Shown: one piece after another, positions 34,171 through 43,581 of the stretch | How the letters are laid out: each line of letters starts with the position of its first letter | Numbering within the stretch: the first letter of the stretch is position 1 | Assembly (NCBI GenBank): GCA_043754875.1 | Contig: JAYUTY010000166.1 | Location: 1-44,331 of the forward strand | DNA: 44,331 nucleotides | Source: Gemmatimonadota bacterium | GTDB taxonomy: Bacteria; Gemmatimonadota; Gemmatimonadetes; Gemmatimonadales; Gemmatimonadaceae | Direction: 5' to 3' | The notes under the pieces: model-generated | Databases searched by the model: none | What the model was told of the DNA's origin: nothing | The model's input: the letters and a program-made list of their open reading frames with translations, nothing else | Program-made: the position numbers and the translations under genes

Positions 34171-35939
34171 AAGCTGGCCTCGTCGAGCGCCATCACCGGC
34201 TCGGCGCCCGCCTCGATCTGCGCGGCCAGTGCCTGCACCTGCGGCAGCAGCTTCGTGACGTAGAAGCGCGCCGTCGCCAGCTTCGCCGCGCCAGTCGCGC
34301 CGCCCACACGCACCCCCGCGGTGGCCATGCGTACCCACATCCACCCCGTGGAGACGAGGCCGAACATCCGCAGGTAGTCGCTCGACGCGGCGCCGATCTC
34401 GTTCGGGTTCTGCATGCCGCGCATCATCACTCCCATCGTCAGCGTCTGGAGCAGCTGCATCGCATCGGCCACCGGCTTCGCGATCGGCGCGAGCGTCGCG
34501 TCTGCGGCCGCGGCGGCCACGTCCTTCTGCGCCAGCGCAAAGAACCGCTTCGCCAATCGGCCCCCTCCCTCGGGAATCTTGCGGCCGAGCAGGTCCATCG
34601 CCTGCACGCCATTGGTCCCCTCGTAGATCTGGGCGATGCGCGCGTCGCGGACGAACTGCTCCATCCCGTATTCGCGGATGTAGCCATGGCCACCGAGGCA
34701 CTGGAGCGCGAGGTTCGTCACCTCGAAGCCGATGTCGGTGAGGAAGGCCTTGATCACCGGCGTCATGAGGGCGACCAGGTCTATAGCCTCCTCGCGCGTC
34801 GCCGCGTCCGGATGCGCCTCCTCCACGTCCATCAGGAGCCCGATCCAGTACGCCAGCGCACGCGTCCCCTCCACATACGCCTTCATCGTCATCAGCATGC
34901 GGCGCACGTCGGGGTGCACGATGATCGGGTCCGCCTCGCCCGACGGATTCTTCGCTCCTGTCAGCGCGCGCCCCTGGATCCGGTCGCGCGTGTATGCGAG
35001 CGCGTTCTGGTAGCTCACTTCGGCGAGGCCGAGTCCCTGCATCCCCACGCCGAGCCGCGCGCCGTTCATCATCGTGAACATCGCGCGCATCCCCTTGTGT
35101 GGCTCCCCAACGAGCCATCCGCGCGCGTTCTCGAAGTTCAGCACGCATGTCGCGTTCGCCTTGATCCCCATCTTGTGCTCGATCGAGCCGACGCTCACCC
35201 CGTTCAGCTCGCCGGAGACGCTTTCCTCGTTCGTCAGCCGCTTCGGCACGAGGAAGAGGCTGATTCCCTTCGTGCCCGGCGGCGCATCGGGCAGCTTGGC
35301 GAGCACGAGATGGATCACATTCTCCGTCAGGTCGTGATCGCCGGCCGAGATGAAGATCTTGGTCCCCGACACGAGGTATGCGCCGTCGCCAGCTGGCACG
35401 GCGCGCGTGCGGATCATGCCCAGGTCCGTGCCGGCGTGCGCCTCCGTGAGGCACATCGTGCCCGTCCACGAGCCGTCCACCAGCTTGGGAAGGAAACGTG
35501 CCTTGAGCTCGTCGCTGCCCCATAGCTCCAGCAGCGACGTCGCGCCGTGCGCGAGCTCGGGATACATGCCGAACGAGAGGTTGGCGGAATAGAGCATCTC
35601 GTTGAAGATCAGCCGCGACAGCCGCGGCAGCCCCTGTCCGCCATGTTCCGGCTTCGCCGACATCGCCGGCCAGCCGCCGGCGCAGTACGCCGCGTACGCA
35701 TCCTTGAATCCCGTTGGGGTGTGCACGATGCCACCCTCGTACCGGCACCCCTCGGCGTCTCCCGTCGCATTGAGCGGCGTGAGCACCTCCTCGCACAGCC
35801 GGGCGCCTTCCTCCAGCACGGCCATGAACGTCTCGGGCGTCGCTTCCTCGTAGCCCGGCAGCGCCGCGAGCTGCGCGACGTCGAGCACCTCCTCGAGCAC
35901 GAAGCGGATCTCGTCGAGCGGAGCTTTGTATGTGGGCAT
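34167..35939 (-). CDS. long-type acyl-CoA dehydrogenase (N-terminal extension + ACAD core + C-terminal domain)
   Basis: MPTYKAPLDEIRFVLEEVL...; TEAHAGTDLG...; HGGHGYIREYGMEQFVRDARIAQIYEGTNGVQ. Confidence 0.9.
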   Translation of the reverse strand: MPTYKAPLDEIRFVLEEVLDVAQLAALPGYEEATPETFMAVLEEGARLCEEVLTPLNATGDAEGCRYEGGIVHTPTGFKDAYAAYCAGGWPAMSAKPEHGGQGLPRLSRLIFNEMLYSANLSFGMYPELAHGATSLLELWGSDELKARFLPKLVDGSWTGTMCLTEAHAGTDLGMIRTRAVPAGDGAYLVSGTKIFISAGDHDLTENVIHLVLAKLPDAPPGTKGISLFLVPKRLTNEESVSGELNGVSVGSIEHKMGIKANATCVLNFENARGWLVGEPHKGMRAMFTMMNGARLGVGMQGLGLAEVSYQNALAYTRDRIQGRALTGAKNPSGEADPIIVHPDVRRMLMTMKAYVEGTRALAYWIGLLMDVEEAHPDAATREEAIDLVALMTPVIKAFLTDIGFEVTNLALQCLGGHGYIREYGMEQFVRDARIAQIYEGTNGVQAMDLLGRKIPEGGGRLAKRFFALAQKDVAAAAADATLAPIAKPVADAMQLLQTLTMGVMMRGMQNPNEIGAASSDYLRMFGLVSTGWMWVRMATAGVRVGGATGAAKLATARFYVTKLLPQVQALAAQIEAGAEPVMALDEASF

Positions 35940-35966
35940 GGGCGTGTCGTGTGGGAATGCGGTGGG

Positions 35967-36593
35967 TCAGGAGCCGATCGCGCCAGCGGCGCGAGCGGAA
36001 GCGAGGACGGAGTGCACGGCGCACTCCACGTAGAGCGCACGGTCGATCCGATTGTCGAGTCGCTCGGTGAGCAGCGTCGCCACCACACCGTGCAGCGTCG
36101 CCCAGATCGCGGCGGCGAGGGCGCGGCTCGTCTGTTCGTCGAGCGTGCCTGTGGGCGTGCACGCACGCACCGTCTCGGAGGTCAGGTCGAGACTGCGCCG
36201 GATGCGGCGGAAGATCTCCTTCGGCACCCGCTCCATCGTGTGCGGATGGAACAGGTACATGATCTCGTAGAGCTCAGGGTTCTCGAGTCCGAACGCGACG
36301 TAGTGGCGTGCGATCGACTCGAGTCGGTCGAGCGGCTCCGGCGTCGCGCGCGTGACCTCGAGCAGCTCGCCATACCAGCGCTCGAACCCTTCGTCGATCA
36401 GGGTGTGGATCAGCGCGTCGCGATTCGCGAAGTGCGAGTACAGGCTGCTCACCGAGCAACCCACGTCGGCGGCGATGTCGCGCATCGAGACGCCGCGGTA
36501 GCCATGCTCGACGATCAGCCGGCGCGCCGCGTCCAGCGTCAGCGCGCGAAGATCGCCGGTGGGGGCCTGCGGAAGCGGAGAGCGAGCGGTCAT
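35967..36593 (-). CDS. TetR family transcriptional regulator
   Basis: HTH GYRGVSMRDIAADVGCSVSSLYSHFANRDALI. ATG at 36593 lies downstream of the predicted promoter and operator; the ORF-track start at 36680 falls inside the promoter spacer. Confidence 0.88.
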   Translation of the reverse strand: MTARSPLPQAPTGDLRALTLDAARRLIVEHGYRGVSMRDIAADVGCSVSSLYSHFANRDALIHTLIDEGFERWYGELLEVTRATPEPLDRLESIARHYVAFGLENPELYEIMYLFHPHTMERVPKEIFRRIRRSLDLTSETVRACTPTGTLDEQTSRALAAAIWATLHGVVATLLTERLDNRIDRALYVECAVHSVLASARAAGAIGS

Positions 36594-36642
36594 GACGGGC
36601 GCCAACGCCCAGTAGCGAAAGTGGACAGGCACATCACGCCTG

Positions 36643-36657
36643 CCGAACACTGTTCGG
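36643..36657. promoter_or_regulatory. palindromic operator CCGAACA-C-TGTTCGG (probable TetR site)
   Basis: Perfect 7-bp arms located immediately downstream of the -10 element of the tetR promoter. Confidence 0.55.
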
Positions 36658-36658
36658 T

Positions 36659-36688
36659 ACGATACGCCCGCGCCCGTCACCGTGTCAA
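36659..36688 (-). promoter_or_regulatory. sigma-70-like promoter TTGACA-N18-TATCGT for tetR / acyl-CoA dehydrogenase
   Basis: The minus strand reads ttcTTGACAcggtgacgggcgcgggcgTATCGTaccgaacagtgttcgg. Confidence 0.5.
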
Positions 36689-36714
36689 GAATGACCCCCT
36701 GATCGCACGTCTCC

Positions 36715-37263
36715 CTACCAGTCGCTACCGCTGGGCAGCCAGGTCGCGAGCGACTCGCGCAGCTGCTTGAGCGCCCTCCCCATCCGGGCTTCCACCGTCT
36801 TGACCGAGATCTGCAGCGCCTGGGCGATCTCCGGATAGGTGAGCCCGTCCACTCGGCTCATCTCGAACACCTCGCGCTGCGGTGGCGAGAGCCCCGCTAT
36901 CGCCTCGCGCGCCGCCGCGGCGATCTCGCGCCCGCGCGCCTGTTCGTCCGCGTGGGGTGCCGACGTCGGGGGTCTGATGAAGGGCTCGGCGCGCTGCGCG
37001 GTCCGCTCCTGCCGCACGCGGTTCAGGGACCGGTTCCGGGCCGCCTGGTGGAGGTAGCCCTTCACCGAGCCGATGATCGACGCATCGGCCCGGCGTCGCC
37101 AGAGCTCGAGCATCACCTCCTGGGCGATCTCCTCGGCCAGCGCGCGCGCCCGGAGGATCCGCGTCGCGGAGAGCACCAGCCCCGGGTAGTGTTCGCGGAA
37201 CAGCGTCGCGAACGCCGCTTCGTCGCCAAGCCGCAGGCGTGCTAGGAGTTCCGGATCGTCCAC
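36715..37263 (-). CDS. ECF (sigma-70 group 4) RNA polymerase sigma factor
   Basis: Region 2 FREHYPGLVLSATRILRARALAEEIAQEVMLELWRRR. Region 4 LSPPQREVFEMSRVDGLTYPEIAQALQISVKTVEARMGRALKQLR. The GTG start at 37263 is inferred from typical ECF length; the ORF track extends to 37413. Confidence 0.85.
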   Translation of the reverse strand: MDDPELLARLRLGDEAAFATLFREHYPGLVLSATRILRARALAEEIAQEVMLELWRRRADASIIGSVKGYLHQAARNRSLNRVRQERTAQRAEPFIRPPTSAPHADEQARGREIAAAAREAIAGLSPPQREVFEMSRVDGLTYPEIAQALQISVKTVEARMGRALKQLRESLATWLPSGSDW

Positions 37264-37411
37264 GGTGGGGGTATCGTTGTGTCTGCGGACTCGCCAGTCG
37301 ATCGCCGAATCTAACCGCGGGAGGGCGTTCGGCCATCCGCCGAGGACTCGCGCGATGACGCCTGAGTGCGCCACGGTAGAGGGTGACCTGCCACATCGGT
37401 GTCCATCGAGC

Positions 37412-38494
37412 ATGCCCGACCTTGACGACGTTCATGCCGAACACCCGGCCGACTGGGAGGCGCTGGCCCGCCTGCTCGCCGGCGAGAGCGATCCCGCGGA
37501 AGCTGCGCGCCTGAATGCCGCCGTCGACGCGGTTCCGGAGCGCCGAGAGCTCGTGTCGGCGCTCGACGCCGCGCTCCGGATGTCGTCGGAGGGTGCCGTC
37601 AGCGACGCCGAGGTCGAGATCGCGCTCCAGCAGGTGCTGCAGCGGGCGCACACGCCACGGACCCTCAGCATTCCCGCTACGCGCCGCTTCGCCCAGTTCA
37701 CGAGCGGCTGGCGATCGGCGGCCCTGCGCGCCGCAGCGCTCGTGCTCACCGTTGCGGGCGCGGCGACGGCGTGGCGCGCGCTTCGCGCACCTGATGCCGC
37801 GATGTCCGCTCGCGTTGCTTCCACCCGCCAGCTGCCGGCGGAACGTCACGAGACGGCGCCCGGTGCCCTCGACTCGCTGCGCCTGGCCGACGGCACGCGC
37901 ATCGTGCTCGGACCGGCGAGCGAGTTGACCATCGGCGCCGGCTACGGCGTCGCAAGTCGGACGGTCACCTTGCACGGCACCGCCATGTTCGATGTTGTGC
38001 ACGACGCCGCGCACCCGTTCACCGTGGCCATCGGCAATGTCGTCCTGCGCGACGTGGGCACCGTCTTCACTGTGCGCGCCGTCACTGCCGACAGCAACCG
38101 CATCACCGTCAGCCAAGGTGCCGTCGCGGTCGTCCCGGCCGGAGGGCGCGAAGTCGTGCTGCATCAAGGCGATGCCGCGGCGCTCGGTAGCCGTGCGACG
38201 GTCGTCGTGTCGCGTCCCTCATCGCTCGACGACGAGACCGGCTGGCTCCAGGGCAAGCGCATCCTCCGTGACGCCTCGATCCCCGAGACCGCGCTCGCGC
38301 TCCGTCAGTGGTATGGCATCGCGCTGGTCGTCGCCGATCCTGCACTCGCTGCGCTCAAGGTGACGGCCGACTTCAGCGATGCCGCGGCCGCCGATGTCGC
38401 CCCCGTGCTCGGCGCGCTGCTCGGCGGCCAGGCCCGCCTGTCCGGCGACACGCTTCGCATCGACCCGGTCGTCCGCGGCGCTTCGCAACGATGA
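37412..38494 (+). CDS. FecR-family anti-sigma / sensor protein
   Basis: DGTRIVLGPASELTIG...VTLHGTAMFDVVHDAAHPFTVAIGNVVLRDVGTVFTV. One predicted TM, AALRAAALVLTVAGAATAW. Confidence 0.85.
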   Translation: MPDLDDVHAEHPADWEALARLLAGESDPAEAARLNAAVDAVPERRELVSALDAALRMSSEGAVSDAEVEIALQQVLQRAHTPRTLSIPATRRFAQFTSGWRSAALRAAALVLTVAGAATAWRALRAPDAAMSARVASTRQLPAERHETAPGALDSLRLADGTRIVLGPASELTIGAGYGVASRTVTLHGTAMFDVVHDAAHPFTVAIGNVVLRDVGTVFTVRAVTADSNRITVSQGAVAVVPAGGREVVLHQGDAAALGSRATVVVSRPSSLDDETGWLQGKRILRDASIPETALALRQWYGIALVVADPALAALKVTADFSDAAAADVAPVLGALLGGQARLSGDTLRIDPVVRGASQR

Positions 38495-41022
38495 TGTCAC
38501 GTGGCCGGGCTGGACACCGTCGCACTCGTCTCGCGCTGCTCGCGACGGGCGTGCAGGCCGTGCTCGCGCTCCTCGCCATCCCCGCCTCGGCGCGCGCCTC
38601 GCAGACACCGTGCGACGTCGTCGCCACGAGCATCGCCGCGAGCATCGGCACGAACGAGGATCGTGGCGGACCCCTCGACCGCCGGATCTCGCTTCATGTT
38701 CGTGACGTCGCGCTTCGCGACGCGCTCGACCGCGTCTCCGCGCTGGGCGGAGTGCCGCTCGCCTACTCGCCAGGGCTCCTCCCCCTGGATCGGCGCGTCT
38801 GCGTCAACGCCGACGGTCAGACCATCGGCGCACTGCTCGCGCACCTGCTGCGCGGCACGAACGTGGAGCCGAGGGTCGTCGCGTCGCACGTCGTGCTCGC
38901 CCCGACACCGGCCACTGCGACGACGGCGCCGTCGCTCGGCATGAGCGTGCTCGATCGCGTGGTCGTCACCGGCAGCGCGGTCGCGGCGCCGAGGCGACCG
39001 CTGAGCATCGGCATGGAGGTGATCGACGGCGAGCAGCTGCGCCGCCAGTCGTACTCGTCGCTCGCCGACATGCTCGATGCCTCGGTACCGGGCGTCTGGA
39101 TGTGGCCGTCGTCGCCGTCCACCCTTCTCGCGCAGTACGGTGCGCTGCGTGGCGCGAGCTCGTTCGGCACCAGCGCGCCCAAGATCTACCTCGACGGGAT
39201 CGAGGTGGCGAACCCGCTCCTGGTCACGCAGGTGGATGCCGAGTCGATCGACCGCATCGAGGTGATCCGCGGTCCCCAGGGCTCGGCGCTCTACGGCTCG
39301 GACGCGATCAGCGGTGTCATCAACATCATCACGCGCCACGACGGCGCCGCCCTCTCCACAGGAAGTCTCCAGCTGCAGCTGCAGAGCACCGCTGGCGCGG
39401 CGGCGAGCCGGTTCGCTGGAAGCGTCGTCCCCACGCACGACCAGCACCTCGTGCTGCGAAGCGGCACCAACATTCGTTCGGCAGGCCTGAGCGCCGAGTT
39501 CGGCCAGACCGGCGCGCTCTTTCCATCCTCGCAGAGTCGGCAGCTCTCCATGGCCGGTGATGCGCGGCTCGTCGCGTCGCAGGTGACGGTGAGCGCTGCC
39601 GCTCACTTCGCCGGCCGCGACGCTGGTGCCGGCGTCAATCCGCTGTTCGCGAGCGGCGGCGCGGCGTCGACCGCCACGTCCACGAGCGACACCGCGCAGT
39701 CGGTGCGGCAGTACGGCTTCGGCGTCACCGCGGCATTCGCGCCCGTCGGGCGCTGGACAAGCACGCTCGTCGCTGGCCTCGACGGCTATCATCTGGATCA
39801 CGTTGCCGACACCGCGATTCCGTTCGCCTCCGCCGTCGACTCGGCGCTGCGTGCTGCGCGCGGAAGCGGCGATCGCGCCACCCTGCGGGCCAGCAGCGTC
39901 GCACAGTTCGGCGCCGATGGCCTCGCGCCGACGTCGCTGACTCTCGCCCTCGAGCAATCGGTGCTGCGGCAGACATCCACGCTGTCGCAGGTGGCAGCAC
40001 CGTCGCAGGGCCAGCGGTTCGGCACCGCCTCCAACGTCCTCGTCGAGAGATGGAATCGCAACACGGGTGTGGCGGCGCAGCTTAGCACTGCCTTGAACGA
40101 TGCGCTCTTTCTCACCGCGGGTCTGCGGGTAGAGCGAAACGACGCCTTCTTGGGTGGCGACCGCTTTCCGGTGCTTCCCCTGCTCGGCGTTGCGACGGTG
40201 CGGCGGTTTGGCGAGGCGGAGCTGAAATTGCGCCTCGCCTATGGAAAGGGGATCCGCCCGCCGCAGGTCCCCGCACGCGGCGCGGCGCGCATCGATCAAC
40301 CCGGCGGCATCCTGCGCTCAGCGCTCGACCCGGAGGCGCAGTCGGGAATCGAGGCGGGGGCGGAGCTCTACCTCGGACGATCGCTCTCCCTCCAGCTCAC
40401 GCGCTTCGATCAGCGCGCGACGGGACTGATCCAGAACGTCGCCGTCGCCGTCGACACGCAGATGCGCGGTGGCATGCCGGAGCGACGCGTGATCTACACG
40501 CTCCAGAACATCGGCGAGATCACCAACCGCGGCTGGGAGGCGCAGACCCGCGTCACGCACGGTCCGCTGGCGCTCAGTGCGTCCGTCACCACCGTGGACA
40601 GCCGGGTGCGGACCGTTGCAGCGAGCTACTACGGCGAGCTGCGCCCGGGCGATCGGATGCTCGCGGTCCCGCACATCACGTCCAGCGCGACCGCCTCGTG
40701 GACCGATGCGCGCTGGTCCGCCGCGCTCACCGCGTCGCGCGCCCAGGACTGGATCAACTACGATCGGCTCGCCCTTGCCAGCGCCTTCGCTGCGCCCAGC
40801 AGCGCATCGCCGCGCGACTTCACGGGACCGCGATTGCGCTCCTACTGGCTCCGCTACGATGGGCAGATGCGGATGCGCGCGTCTCTCTCACGGGACCTGG
40901 GCCGCGGACTCAGCGCGCTCGCGATCGGAGAGAACCTGCTCGGTGGCCAGCTCGGAGAGCCGGACAACGGAACCATCAGGGCGGGGCGGACGATCAGTGC
41001 GGGACTGCGGGCCGCCTTCTGA
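38491..41022 (+). CDS. TonB-dependent receptor with N-terminal STN signalling domain (transducer type)
   Basis: Signal peptide ...LLAIPASARA. STN ISLHVRDVALRDALDRVSALGGVPLAYSP. Plug ...IDRIEVIRGPQGSALYGSDAISGVINIITR. C-terminal ...GLRAAF. ATGA overlap with fecR. Confidence 0.88.
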   Translation: MMSRGRAGHRRTRLALLATGVQAVLALLAIPASARASQTPCDVVATSIAASIGTNEDRGGPLDRRISLHVRDVALRDALDRVSALGGVPLAYSPGLLPLDRRVCVNADGQTIGALLAHLLRGTNVEPRVVASHVVLAPTPATATTAPSLGMSVLDRVVVTGSAVAAPRRPLSIGMEVIDGEQLRRQSYSSLADMLDASVPGVWMWPSSPSTLLAQYGALRGASSFGTSAPKIYLDGIEVANPLLVTQVDAESIDRIEVIRGPQGSALYGSDAISGVINIITRHDGAALSTGSLQLQLQSTAGAAASRFAGSVVPTHDQHLVLRSGTNIRSAGLSAEFGQTGALFPSSQSRQLSMAGDARLVASQVTVSAAAHFAGRDAGAGVNPLFASGGAASTATSTSDTAQSVRQYGFGVTAAFAPVGRWTSTLVAGLDGYHLDHVADTAIPFASAVDSALRAARGSGDRATLRASSVAQFGADGLAPTSLTLALEQSVLRQTSTLSQVAAPSQGQRFGTASNVLVERWNRNTGVAAQLSTALNDALFLTAGLRVERNDAFLGGDRFPVLPLLGVATVRRFGEAELKLRLAYGKGIRPPQVPARGAARIDQPGGILRSALDPEAQSGIEAGAELYLGRSLSLQLTRFDQRATGLIQNVAVAVDTQMRGGMPERRVIYTLQNIGEITNRGWEAQTRVTHGPLALSASVTTVDSRVRTVAASYYGELRPGDRMLAVPHITSSATASWTDARWSAALTASRAQDWINYDRLALASAFAAPSSASPRDFTGPRLRSYWLRYDGQMRMRASLSRDLGRGLSALAIGENLLGGQLGEPDNGTIRAGRTISAGLRAAF

Positions 41023-41110
41023 CCGCGCGCGACTGAAACGCACGCGAGTCGCTGGTCGTATGGGTGGGTAGCCCCTCCCGCCGTGAGGAGCGCCCATCTC
41101 CAACGCTCCC

Positions 41111-41812
41111 ATGCAGACTCAAGACGCTCCGATCCTCGTCGTCCAGAAGCCAGGCACCCCCGGGGCCGCAGGCCAGGTCCTGATCAACCACGAGCGACTG
41201 ACGAGCCCCACGGCCGCGTACGATGCAGCGGCCGCGCAGCGGCGTGAGCTCTCGAAGCAGCTCGAGTCGCTCGAAGACAACCGCCGCTCGCTCACTGAGC
41301 AGATCGAGAGTGGCGGCGCGCTCGGTCCCGCCAACCGGGCTGGCCTCGACCAACGCCTTGTCGAAACGGACAAGCGCATCGGCGAGACGGAGAAGGCGCT
41401 GGCCACGGCCAACCAGCTCGTCGCGAACGCGGCCGCGGTTCCGGGTGCCGTCGTGGAGCACCGCGAAACCCGCAGCGGCCCGCCGGAAGAGGTCTTCGTC
41501 ATGGGCGGCATCTTCATGGTCGTCTGCATCCTGCCGATCTCGCTCGCCTTCGCCCGCCGGATCTGGCGCCGTGGCGCCACGGCAGTCGCCGCGATTCCCT
41601 CCGACATCGCCGAGCGTTTCGCCCGACTCGATCAGGCCATCGACTCCATCGCCATCGAAGTGGAGCGCATCGGGGAGGGGCAGCGCTTCGTCACGCGCGT
41701 GCTCTCGGACACTCGGCCCCGTGCGGTCGGCGACGGAGCCGCTCAGCCCATTACCGTGCCCGCGCGCGGCGATGCGGTCGCCGCGCGAATGGACGAGCGC
41801 TCCCCCGGCTGA
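41111..41812 (+). CDS. hypothetical single-pass membrane protein with N-terminal coiled-coil
   Basis: Heptad-like QRRELSKQLESLEDNRRSLTEQIE...ETDKRIGETEKALATANQL. TM VFVMGGIFMVVCILPISLAFA. GC3-biased. Confidence 0.55.
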   Translation: MQTQDAPILVVQKPGTPGAAGQVLINHERLTSPTAAYDAAAAQRRELSKQLESLEDNRRSLTEQIESGGALGPANRAGLDQRLVETDKRIGETEKALATANQLVANAAAVPGAVVEHRETRSGPPEEVFVMGGIFMVVCILPISLAFARRIWRRGATAVAAIPSDIAERFARLDQAIDSIAIEVERIGEGQRFVTRVLSDTRPRAVGDGAAQPITVPARGDAVAARMDERSPG

Positions 41813-41918
41813 CCGGCCGACACCCGCAGCGACGTCCGCGGGACACACCAGGCGGGTCGAGCGCGCACCTTGCAAGAGGCGGCGGACCAGCGCTGCCTCC
41901 TTCTGCACTACGGACCAG

Positions 41919-43571
41919 ATGAACGTCGATCCACGGGCCGGACATCCCGCACCGCCGGACATGCTCGTGAACGTCCCGCGGCTCCTCACCGCGTACTACA
42001 GCGAACGCCCTGATCCGGCGGTCACCGAACAGGCGGTCTCATTCGGTACGTCCGGTCATCGCGGCTCCTCGCTCCGCACCTCGTTCAACGAAGGGCACAT
42101 CCTCGCCATCACGCAGGCGATCTGCGAGTATCGCATCGCGCAGCGCGTTGACGGTCCGCTCTTCCTCGGCATCGACACGCACGCGCTCTCGGAGCCGGCG
42201 ATGGCGTCGGCGCTCGAGGTGCTCGCGGCCAACGACGTCGTCACGATGATCGACGCCCGCGATGGCTACACACCAACCCCCGCGGTCTCGCTGGCCATCC
42301 TCCAGTACAACCGGAGGCGCACGGACGGCTTCGCCGACGGCATCGTCATCACGCCATCGCACAACCCGCCCGAGGACGGCGGCTTCAAGTACAATCCACC
42401 GAATGGCGGGCCGGCCGACACCGCGGCCACAGGGTGGATCCAGCGGCGGGCGAACGCCATCCTCGCCAACAACCTGCGCGACGTCCGGCGCATCCCCCTC
42501 GCGCGCGCCCGCGCCGCAGCCACGACGCGGCGCTACGACTTTCTCCACGCCTACGTCGCGAGCCTGCCCTCGGTCGTCGATCTCGCGGTGATCCGCGACG
42601 CCTCCGTCACCCTGGCCGTCGACCCGCTCGGCGGGGCAGGGGTACGCTACTGGGGTGAGATCGCCGCGCGCTACTCGCTGCCGATCACGGTGCTCCGCAC
42701 GGAGGTGGATCCTACCTTTCGTTTCATGTCCGTGGACTGGGACGGACGGATCCGCATGGACTGCTCGTCGCCGTACGCGATGAGCGGCGTGATTGCACTC
42801 AAGGACGTCTACGACGTCACGTGGGCATGCGACACGGACCATGATCGCCACGGCATCGTCGCGCGTAGTGTCGGGCTGCTGAACCCGAACCACTACCTCG
42901 CCGTCGCGTCGTCGTACCTCTTCTCGCATCGGCCCGAGTGGGCGGCTACGGTGGGGATCGGCAAGACGATCGTGAGCAGCAGCCTGATCGATCGCGTGGC
43001 GCGCCAGCTGGGCCGGCCACTGATGGAAGTTCCCGTCGGCTTCAAGTGGTTCGTCGATGGCCTGGTCGACGGCTCGCTCGGCTTCGTCGGCGAGGAGAGC
43101 GCCGGCGCCACCATGCTGCGCCGCGACGGGGGCGTCTGGACGACGGACAAGGATGGTCTGGTGCTCGGACTGCTCGCCGCCGAGATGACGGCGGTGACGG
43201 GACGCGATCCCGGAGAGCTCTACGCGGAAGTCACCGCGCACCTGGGCGAGTCGGTCTACGAGCGCATCGACGCGCCCGCCACCCTGGATCAGAAGGCTCG
43301 TCTCTCGCGACTCTCCGCGCACGAGGTGACTGCGTCCACGCTCGCTGGTGAGCCGATCGTGGCTCTCGCCACGACTGCTCCAGGAAACGGCGCCGCAATT
43401 GGCGGATTGAAGGTCTCCACCGAGAACGGCTGGTTCGCCGCACGGCCCTCCGGCACCGAGAACGTCTACAAGCTCTACGCCGAAAGCTTTCGCGGCGCCG
43501 ACCACCTGCGCGCCATCCAGGCCGAGGCGCAGACGATCATTCAGCGCGCCTTCGACGAGCCGGCGTCGTAG
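41919..43571 (+). CDS. pgm: alpha-D-glucose-phosphate-specific phosphoglucomutase
   Basis: FGTSGHRG; active-site ITPSHNPPEDGGFKYNPPNGGPAD; GEESAG; ARPSGTENVYKLYAE. The ORF-track 5' extension (41223) overlaps the previous gene. Confidence 0.93.
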   Translation: MNVDPRAGHPAPPDMLVNVPRLLTAYYSERPDPAVTEQAVSFGTSGHRGSSLRTSFNEGHILAITQAICEYRIAQRVDGPLFLGIDTHALSEPAMASALEVLAANDVVTMIDARDGYTPTPAVSLAILQYNRRRTDGFADGIVITPSHNPPEDGGFKYNPPNGGPADTAATGWIQRRANAILANNLRDVRRIPLARARAAATTRRYDFLHAYVASLPSVVDLAVIRDASVTLAVDPLGGAGVRYWGEIAARYSLPITVLRTEVDPTFRFMSVDWDGRIRMDCSSPYAMSGVIALKDVYDVTWACDTDHDRHGIVARSVGLLNPNHYLAVASSYLFSHRPEWAATVGIGKTIVSSSLIDRVARQLGRPLMEVPVGFKWFVDGLVDGSLGFVGEESAGATMLRRDGGVWTTDKDGLVLGLLAAEMTAVTGRDPGELYAEVTAHLGESVYERIDAPATLDQKARLSRLSAHEVTASTLAGEPIVALATTAPGNGAAIGGLKVSTENGWFAARPSGTENVYKLYAESFRGADHLRAIQAEAQTIIQRAFDEPAS

Positions 43572-43581
43572 CGCACCGACG

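Noticed and set aside
36643-36657. GAAC...GTTC palindromes (here and at 14775) as LexA/Cheo SOS boxes.
   Set aside because: The Cheo-type box is GAAC-N4-GTTC, whereas these have N3 and N5 spacing. No SOS genes (lexA, recA, uvr) are adjacent. The 36643 site is better explained as the TetR operator.
37264-37411. ECF-type promoter (GGAAC-N16-CGT) in the sigma/fecR divergent region.
   Set aside because: Only loose matches are present (GAAC followed by 16 nt and ATTC; TAACC followed by CGT at the wrong spacing). This is not convincing without genome-wide motif support.
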